Shown here: one piece after another, positions 1-7,306 of the stretch
How the letters are laid out: every line of letters starts with the position of its first letter
How positions within the stretch are numbered: position 1 is the stretch's first letter
From: Promethearchaeota archaeon
Lineage (GTDB): Archaea > Asgardarchaeota > Lokiarchaeia > Sigyniarchaeales > SOKP01
Reading direction: 5' to 3'
Length of the DNA stretch: 16,775 nt
NCBI GenBank assembly: GCA_048941265.1
Contig: JBHLNT010000086.1
Span: 1-16,775, forward strand
Translations under genes and position numbers: made by a program
Notes under the pieces: model-generated
Seen by the model: only the letters and a program-made list of their open reading frames with translations
Databases searched by the model: none
What the model was told of the DNA's origin: nothing

Positions 1-16
1 TGGAGAATAAATAAAA

Positions 17-1474
17 ATGTCTGATATTTTCACAAGAAATATAAGTAATTCTGATTTATTATGGCGTGTTAGAGCTTATGTTATAGGATTTCTTTTAGCA
101 GATGGGACAATTAGAACTTATCCTTATGAAATAAGTGCAACTCAAAAAGAACAAGATAAAGAGATTTTATCAGAAATTCAAAAAGCGTTAGGGGGTAAAA
201 TTAATGGTCCTGATGAAAATAACAAATATCATTTAAATGTCTTTAATAAAGAATTAGTTTTAACATTATTCGATTTTGGAATGGTACAGGCACATAGTAA
301 GGAAGAAATTGCATCAACAATCTATCCTCCGGACTTTATACAGAATAGAATTTTTGGGCAAACTTTGATAAGAGACTTTATTAGAGGCTTTTATGATGGT
401 GATGGATGGTTTACTGGCTCTTTTTCCAGAGGGGATACTAGCTTTAAAATAATTGGACCATTTAATTTTTTAAATTCACTTAAACAACTTGTATTAATTG
501 AAGTACCTGGATTAACTTCTTTCATAACAAATGAAAGAAAACAATATTTCATAATTGGTGATCAACAATATCAATTGTTTTCTAAATTTACCATATATCA
601 AAGAAGTTATGGTTTCTATCGTTTAAGTCCATTGGACTTAGAAAAAGGAGAAATAGTAACCTTAGATCATCCATGGTTAAAAATACTTCATTTTGGTGGT
701 AATTTGAATGCAATTCGACTATTTAATTGGCTTTATGAAGATGATGATAAATTTGATAAATTTGATATCCAGGGAATAAAAATTTGCGGAAAAAGGAAAT
801 TCGAAAAAGCGCTCAATGAACTTGGAAATGCTAGATTTCGCAGTGAAAGATTAGCCCCAGACTGGAAGGATATGCTGTATGATACCATATTGCAAATGCA
901 ACCTCGATTTTATAAAACACACGAATTAATTGAGTTATCAAATACGATTCTATGGGAAAAATTAGAATTACATGATCTAATTAATTTATATGAAATGAAT
1001 AAAATCCATAATAGGGACAAATTTGTTGAAAGACTAAAATTTCTTGAATATTTGGATAATGTAATAGTTTCATATCGTTCAGGAAGAGAGAATTATTATT
1101 ATAGCAAAGTATGTTCTTCAATAGAGATACCTCCATATTTAACAAAATATATAGATTTAATAGATAGAAATGGAATAAAACAAAATTTAAAAAATTTAAT
1201 AGTATTAATTCTCATTGGAAATTACATGAAATTTAATGATCTTTTAAATGAAATAAGAAATAAAGGAATTTTTCATGAACATGGACTTTATTCCAAAAAT
1301 ATAAAGTTATCTTTAGCTCAACTAAAATCATTTGATATCGTTATTGTTGATGATGAAGAAGAGAAGTTCGAAAACCAAAGTTTCTTCTTAAACACATCAG
1401 TTTTAAATAAATATTATAAAATGAATATACTAAAATTAAAGAAAGAGTTAACTAGTCTCTTTTATAAAATTTAA
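17..1474 (+). CDS. Free-standing two-motif LAGLIDADG homing-endonuclease-like protein with long C-terminal extension (possible winged-helix domains)
   Basis: 485-aa ORF. Two LAGLIDADG helices, AYVIGFLLADG and RDFIRGFYDGDG, about 100 aa apart, both with the terminal acidic residue. GGAG at 2-5 upstream. No intein splicing motifs at the termini. Confidence 0.85.
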   Translation: MSDIFTRNISNSDLLWRVRAYVIGFLLADGTIRTYPYEISATQKEQDKEILSEIQKALGGKINGPDENNKYHLNVFNKELVLTLFDFGMVQAHSKEEIASTIYPPDFIQNRIFGQTLIRDFIRGFYDGDGWFTGSFSRGDTSFKIIGPFNFLNSLKQLVLIEVPGLTSFITNERKQYFIIGDQQYQLFSKFTIYQRSYGFYRLSPLDLEKGEIVTLDHPWLKILHFGGNLNAIRLFNWLYEDDDKFDKFDIQGIKICGKRKFEKALNELGNARFRSERLAPDWKDMLYDTILQMQPRFYKTHELIELSNTILWEKLELHDLINLYEMNKIHNRDKFVERLKFLEYLDNVIVSYRSGRENYYYSKVCSSIEIPPYLTKYIDLIDRNGIKQNLKNLIVLILIGNYMKFNDLLNEIRNKGIFHEHGLYSKNIKLSLAQLKSFDIVIVDDEEEKFENQSFFLNTSVLNKYYKMNILKLKKELTSLFYKI

Positions 1475-1510
1475 CTAATTATATAAAAAAAAGAAAAAAT
1501 TGAATTTAAT

Positions 1511-3520
1511 TTAACCTATTTCTACATCCATTTTCTTACGCTCTTCAAGAAGAGAATCAACAACAGAGGGATCTGCTAATGTTGTCACATTTCCAATATC
1601 TGTTCCAGAAGCGATTGCCTTCAAGATTCTTCTCATAATCTTTCCACTACGCGTTTTAGGCAAATCATCAGCAAATTGGACGACATCTGGCTGAAAAACA
1701 GGACCAATTTCTTGTCTCACATGCATTATTATATCCCGTTTCAATTCTACTGATTTCTCAACGCCTTGAATTAATGTTACAAACGCCCAAATGGCTTGAC
1801 CCTTAATTTTGTGAGGAAATGGTGCCACTGCTGCCTCGGCAACTTTAGGATGGCTCACAATCGCAGATTCAACCTCCATAGTTCCGATTCGATGTCCAGA
1901 AACCTTTATAACATCATCAAGTCGTCCTAAAATCCAATAGTATCCATCCTCATCTCGGCGTGCTCCATCACCCGTATAATAATGTCCTGGATATCTCTCA
2001 AGATAGGTTGATTTAAATCGCTCAGTATCACCCCATACATCTCTTAGCATTCCTGGCCAAGGTTTTGCGATGCAAAAATATCCACCTTCGTTTGGTTCTG
2101 TTACCTCATCACCCTCCAAGTCAAAAATTACAGGTTTAATACCAAAGAACGGAAAACAACATGAACCTGGTTTAGTAGGTGTAGCAGTTGCTATTGGTGT
2201 CATAATAAATCCCCCTGTCTCTGTTAGCTAATAATTGCGAATTGCAACCATTTTTTGCCAGTATGTATCGACAATGGGGCATTTTCCTTTTCCAACGACC
2301 CTATGATACCAAGTCCAAGCCTCGGGATTTATTGGTTCTCCCACTGTGCCTAGGACTCGAATAGAGCTAAGATCATGCTTATTTACAGGTTCTTCACCAT
2401 AGCGCATTAAAGCTCTTATAGCTGTCGGTGCAGTATAGAATTGCGTGACCTTATGCCTTTCTACAATATCCCAAAATCTATCTACTGCGGGATAGGTGGG
2501 TACGCTCTCGAACATTAGTGTTGTAGCACCGTTCGCTAAAGGACCGTAAATGATGTAGCTATGTCCAGTAATCCATCCTATATCGGCAGTACAGTACCAG
2601 ATATCGCCGTCCTTATAATTAAACACAACTCTATGCGTAAATGAAGTGTAAAGGATATATCCCGCTGTAGTGTGTTTAACTCCTTTAGGTTTTCCGGTTG
2701 TTCCGCTGGTATATAAGATGAATATTGTATCTTCGGAATCCATCTCTTCGCACTCGCAATCCTCGTCCATTCCAGCTATAAAATCGTCGTACCAGATATC
2801 TTTGGATGTACCCGATACTTCATTCCCGGTGCGTTTTACTTTTATTACATGTTCTATGGTGGGAATATCATCTATAATCTGGGCGACATCGGCCATTTTC
2901 GGGTATGTCTTTCCCGCCCTAACGGTTTCATCGCTTGTAAACAAGAGCCGCGAATCAGAATCTTCGATTCGGTCTTTAACCGCTTCTTTAGAGAAGCCAC
3001 CAAACACTATCGAATGGATTATTCCTAGTCGGGCGCACGCTAACATTATGATGGCCAATTCAGGAAGCATCGGGAGCCAGATAGTTACTCTATCACCTTT
3101 CTTCAGCCCTAGCTTTTTCATTCCGTTGGCGACTTTACAGACTTCTTTTTTAAGTTCGTTGAAAGTGAATTTTCTTACCTCTCCGGGTTCATCTGCTTCC
3201 CAGATGAGAGCAATATGTTTCCCTTTTCCCTTTTTGATATGCCGATCGATGCAATTATAACATATATTCAGTTTTCCACCAACAAACCACTTACCAGGAA
3301 ATAAATCTGTTTTCTCCCAGACTTTATCATATGGTTTAAACCAATCTATAGATTTTGCTTGTTTATCCCAAAATCCTTCCATATCGTCGATACTCTGTTG
3401 CCATAGTTTTTTATACTCTTTAAATGACATTCCAGTTTTAGCGTATTTTGGATTTAAATCCTTAGGATCAAATATACGGGTTTCAGTAAGGATAGATTCC
3501 ATTTTATCTTCTTCAGACAT
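1511..3520 (-). CDS. acs: AMP-forming acetyl-CoA synthetase (acetate-CoA ligase), interrupted by a 30-nt insertion carrying an in-frame TAG; 659 aa if the insertion is removed
   Basis: ORFs 2228..3520 and 1511..2203 share one frame. Motifs: FILYTSGTTGKPKG, ADIGWITGHSY, GTVGEPINPEAW, YYTGDGA, GRLDDVIKVSGHRIG, PKTRSGKIMRR. The junction reads DTYWQ-KMVAIRNY*L-TETGGFIMTP. Deleting 30 nt restores DTYWQTETGG (2010-30=1980 nt). Confidence 0.93.
2226..2255 (-). other. 30-nt insertion in acs; candidate BHB/BHL-type archaeal mRNA intron
   Basis: Minus-strand RNA AAAAAUGGUUGCAAUUCGCAAUUAUUAGCU (boundaries can slide by 1-2 nt). Internal stem UGGUUGC/GCAAUUA. Junction 4-bp helix CUGG/UUAG, each strand followed by CA^A and CU^A. 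Flanking exon stem CCCCAUUGUC/GACAGGGGG. The insertion is certain from the sequence; splicing is inferred. Confidence 0.55.
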
Positions 3521-3802
3521 AATCTTTCACAATTTTTTGTTTTGATACTTCTTTATTTTAATAAATTTAGATTCTTTACTGTTTTGAATTCAATAAAGAT
3601 TTTAAAGCTTTTTTCTAAAATTTATTATATTTAAGTTTTTTCTTTAGTTGTAAATGAGATTTTTAAGAAAAAATTAAGAGCAATTGATTTAAAAAGATTT
3701 TATCTTATTTCTATAAATATAATTTAAATAAAAGGAGTAAAACATTAATTAATTAGTTAAGCGAATTTAAAATATAAAAAATAATATGTTTAAAGAATTA
3801 TA
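3521..3802. promoter_or_regulatory. Divergent promoter region shared by acs and the CoA-transferase/GNAT gene
   Basis: 282-nt extremely AT-rich gap between divergent starts, with several TTTAWA-like boxes. Exact TATA/BRE elements cannot be assigned. Confidence 0.45.
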
Positions 3803-5701
3803 ATGGAAAGTATTGATCTATTAGATAAAGACTGGAGAGAGAAATGGAAAGATAAGGAAATTACTCCCAAAGAGGCAATTGGTAAGATTATTCCTGGAAA
3901 TCGGGTATTTATTGATACGGGGTGTAGTGAACCGCAGGCATTAACAGATGAATTAATCAAACAATCTGAGAAATTGATAGATACTGAGTTAATTCACTTT
4001 CTCACAATTTATCCTCAAAAATATTTTAAAGATAAGGCAGAAGATTTGTTTAGACATAATGCGTTTTTTATAGGGAAAGCTCTCAGAGAGGAAATAAATA
4101 TAGGGCAAGCAGATTATACCCCTATTCTAGCCAGTGAAATTCCCTCCTTATTTCTCTCAGGTAGAAAATATTGTGATGTTGCATTAATTCAAGTAACTCC
4201 TCCGGATCGATATGGGTTCTGCTCTTTTGGAGTTAATGTAGATGTTGCTAAACCCATTGCTCAATCTGCTTATATTACTATTGCCGAAGTAAATCCCCAA
4301 ATGCCCAGAACTCTGGGAAATAGTTTCATTCACATGAAAGAAATAGATCATTTTGTTTATAATGATACATCTCTCATAGAATTTGAGTTTAAGGAAAAAA
4401 ATGAAGTAATTGAAAGAATTGGAAAGAATGTGGCAGGTATCATCCAAAATAAATCAACAATCCATATTGGTAATGGATATATCCCAAATGCTTGCTTGAA
4501 ATATTTATTTGAAAAGAGAGATCTTGGAATGCATTCTCATTTTATAACTGATAATATCATCCCCTTAATAGAAAATACTGTATTAACTTGCAGAAAAAAA
4601 AATTTCCATCCCGAGAAGATTATTACTAGTTATGCTTTAGGAACAAAAAAATTATTTGACTTCATTAATAATAATCCTTACATTGAATTTTATCCAACTG
4701 ATTATATCTGCAATCCCCGCTATATCGCAATGAATAAAAATATGGTTTCAATAAATCAAGCATTACAAATCGATTTAACAGGACAGGTAAATACTTCAAC
4801 TAAAGGGTATAAATTTCATACAGGAATAGGGGATACTGTAGATTTTATGAGAGGAGCAGCGCTTTCTAAGGGGGGAAAACCTATAATAGTATTACCGTCT
4901 ACAAGAAAAAATGGATCAGAATCGACTATAGTCTCCCATTTGGATGAAGGTGCAGGGATTATTCTTTCTCGGGCGGATATACATTATGTTGTAACAGAAT
5001 GGGGTGTTGCTCATCTTCATGGTAAGACAATTCGTGAAAGAGCTTTAGAATTGATTTGCATAGCTCATCCAGATTTTAGACAAAGCTTATTGGAAAATGC
5101 TAAAAATCTGAATTATATTTATTCTGATCAATTACTACCCTGTGATGAAGAGGGAAATATTTGTATTTATCCAAAACATTATGAAACCTATTTTAAAACG
5201 AGAACTAATGAAAAAATATATGTTCGCCCAGTCCGTACTACCGATGAACCTTTATTAAAAGAACTATACTATTCATTGGATGAGAGAGATCGATATCTAC
5301 GCTTTTTTGAAGTGAAAAAAGAGTTTACACATTCAAAAACCCAACATGAGGTTAATATAGATTATGATACCATATTTTCAATTGGAGCTTTTGTAGGAGA
5401 TATCACAAATCAAGAAATGGTCGGAAATGCTTCTTATTATTATAATCCCAGAAATAATATGGCTGAATACAGCTTTATGGTTAGAGAAGATTATAGAGGT
5501 AAAGGGATTGGATCTTTTTTATACCATCATTTAATCATAATTGCTAAAGAAAAAGGGATAAGAGGGTTTTACGGAACAATTCATATTCAAAATAAACAGA
5601 CGGTACAAATTATAAGAAAAGGGGGGTATACGAAAATTACACCTCCTGAAGCCGGAGAAAAGGAATTATTTTATGAAGTATTTTTTGATAAAGAGAATTA
5701 A
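3803..5701 (+). CDS. Acetyl-CoA hydrolase/4-hydroxybutyrate CoA-transferase-fold domain fused to C-terminal Pat-type GNAT acetyltransferase
   Basis: N-part: DVALIQVTPPDRYGFCSFG, IAEVNPQMPRTLG, SINQALQIDLTGQV, DFMRGAALSKGGKPII, HYVVTEWGVAHLHGK, IAHPDFR. C-part: VRPVRTTDEPLL, DRYLRFF, AEYSFMVREDYRGKGIG (acetyl-CoA-binding motif A). Confidence 0.9.
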   Translation: MESIDLLDKDWREKWKDKEITPKEAIGKIIPGNRVFIDTGCSEPQALTDELIKQSEKLIDTELIHFLTIYPQKYFKDKAEDLFRHNAFFIGKALREEINIGQADYTPILASEIPSLFLSGRKYCDVALIQVTPPDRYGFCSFGVNVDVAKPIAQSAYITIAEVNPQMPRTLGNSFIHMKEIDHFVYNDTSLIEFEFKEKNEVIERIGKNVAGIIQNKSTIHIGNGYIPNACLKYLFEKRDLGMHSHFITDNIIPLIENTVLTCRKKNFHPEKIITSYALGTKKLFDFINNNPYIEFYPTDYICNPRYIAMNKNMVSINQALQIDLTGQVNTSTKGYKFHTGIGDTVDFMRGAALSKGGKPIIVLPSTRKNGSESTIVSHLDEGAGIILSRADIHYVVTEWGVAHLHGKTIRERALELICIAHPDFRQSLLENAKNLNYIYSDQLLPCDEEGNICIYPKHYETYFKTRTNEKIYVRPVRTTDEPLLKELYYSLDERDRYLRFFEVKKEFTHSKTQHEVNIDYDTIFSIGAFVGDITNQEMVGNASYYYNPRNNMAEYSFMVREDYRGKGIGSFLYHHLIIIAKEKGIRGFYGTIHIQNKQTVQIIRKGGYTKITPPEAGEKELFYEVFFDKEN

Positions 5702-5794
5702 ATAAAATAAATTATTAAATCAAATCTTCCAAATAATCATAAAAGCTTCTTAAAAAGAATAAGAAATAATAAAATAATACTTAGGAATAGAAGA

Positions 5795-6469
5795 ATGATT
5801 GAGTATGTTTTTTTGATAGCTTTTTTTATCATAACAGTTGCAAATTTATTTGCATGTAAAAAAGGGAATAAAAAATTGGAACATCTCTCAAAACCCTTGT
5901 TAATGCCCTTCTTAGCTTTATACTTTATATTCGCAACCTTCACTGATGGAACAGATTGGCTTATAGTTTTAGCACTATTATTTGGATGGACTGGCGATAT
6001 TTTTTTAATGTTAGAAAATGAAGAAAAATGGTTCATGTTTGGAATGGTTGGATTTCTAATAGGACATATCTTTTATATAATTGCATTTTTGCTTTCGATT
6101 GGAGGTCATATCATGTCTTTTCCATTATGGGGAATACTTATAATTTTTCCAGTTATTATAATTCTATTGTTAACATTCCCTAGAATAAAGAATCATATGG
6201 GCGAATTAAAAATACCTGTATATGTATACATGACAGTAATTTTATTTATGCATATCTCCGCAATTTTTAGATTAGCAGCATTTGATATCTTTTGTCCATG
6301 TTTTTTTCTTGTTTGGATAGGATCAATTCTATTTATATTATCTGACTCTTTGATAGCTGTTAATAAATTTGATGATAATTTAGAAATTGCTCCTTTCTAT
6401 ATAATGCTAACGTACATTTTAGGTCAGTTTTTAATCGCTCAAGGAATTATTATGACAATTTTAATGTAG
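5795..6469 (+). CDS. YhhN/TMEM86 lysoplasmalogenase-family membrane protein
   Basis: 224 aa, multiple hydrophobic segments. Family motifs SKPLLMP, GDIFL, FLIGHIFYI, PVYVY, LFILSDSLIA, MLTYILGQFLI. Confidence 0.88.
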   Translation: MIEYVFLIAFFIITVANLFACKKGNKKLEHLSKPLLMPFLALYFIFATFTDGTDWLIVLALLFGWTGDIFLMLENEEKWFMFGMVGFLIGHIFYIIAFLLSIGGHIMSFPLWGILIIFPVIIILLLTFPRIKNHMGELKIPVYVYMTVILFMHISAIFRLAAFDIFCPCFFLVWIGSILFILSDSLIAVNKFDDNLEIAPFYIMLTYILGQFLIAQGIIMTILM

Positions 6470-6496
6470 AGAATTTATTTTCAATTTTAGAGAAAT

Positions 6497-7291
6497 ATGA
6501 AATTTAAATATACAGATTATCACGTTCATACAAAATGGAGCCATGATATTAAGGAGTTTGGCCCATCTTTCGAGGGATATTTAAATATTGCAGAAAAAAA
6601 TAAGATTAACATCTGTTTTTTGGATCATTATGAGTTATATTATATTGAAAATGACGAGACATATCCATTTTATGATGGCAAAATAGAACAATATTTAGAT
6701 GAAATTGAAAAAGTTAAAGCAACATATGATTTTGTGTTAAGTGGACTTGAAGTCGACTATTACACTGATTATCAAGTAAAACTTCGAGAATTTATGGATG
6801 ATTATGGAAAAGACTTCGATTTTATAGCAGGAACTCTCCATTAGCCAGATATTGGTCTACCTGTAACTAATAGACATAAATTAGTTGAGCTTCTTGAAAA
6901 AAAGGGAGTAAAACAAGTTGTCGATAATTTTTTTGATGTATCTGAAGAGATGATTAGATCTCAAATCTTCCAGAATATCTGTCATTTAGATACTATATAT
7001 CGCTATATTAATATAAGAGATTTAGTACCTACCTTTGATACAGATGTTTCAGACGAGCGAGTGTTAAATCTGGGAAGACTCTGTATAAAGTACAATATAA
7101 ATATAGAATATAATCTTTCAGGATTAAAGTTTCCTATTAAAAGACCATTTCCGTCTAAATCTGTAATTACGCAATTAAAAAAGGAAGGGGCTAAAATATT
7201 CGTAGGATCTGATAGCCACTCCATTAATTACTTTCGAACAAGTGTCAACAAAGTAAAGAAAGCTTATAAATTTTTAAATAAAATTAATTAG
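6497..7291 (+). pseudogene. PHP-domain histidinol-phosphatase (HisJ/HisK)-family gene with one internal in-frame TAG at 6842-6844 (nonsense allele, sequence error or read-through)
   Basis: ORFs 6497..6844 and 6950..7291 are in frame and joined by 35 open codons (PDIGLPVTNRHKLVELLEKKGVKQVVDNFFDVSEE). PHP motifs intact: DYHVHT, DH, GLEVDY, GTLH, CHLD, EYN, GSDSH. 264 codons in total. Confidence 0.8.
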
Positions 7292-7306
7292 ATGTACTTT
7301 AATATT

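Noticed and set aside
1511-2203. Independent 230-aa gene starting MTPIAT
   Set aside because: It is the in-frame C-terminal part of acs. The ATG is an internal Met after TETGGFI.
2225-2254. Amber/pyrrolysine read-through or a mini-intein as the explanation for the acs interruption
   Set aside because: Read-through would leave 10 extra residues (KMVAIRNY*L) inside the AMP-binding motif. The peptide lacks intein termini (C/S start, HN end) and is far too short.
2222-2263. Insertion as a tandem duplication or transposon footprint (TACTGGCAAAAA vs TATTAGCTAACA)
   Set aside because: Only 8 of 12 positions match, there is no exact target-site duplication, and the insert core does not copy flanking sequence. 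The similarity is also expected from a quasi-palindromic junction helix. Not fully excluded.
2670-3260. 196-aa plus-strand ORF
   Set aside because: Antisense shadow of acs; Ser/Ile-rich with no motifs.
6840-6874. BHB intron in the PHP gene (UUAG/CUAA helix)
   Set aside because: Excision in that register would leave the UAG in the exon, and motif spacing does not appear to require removing any sequence.
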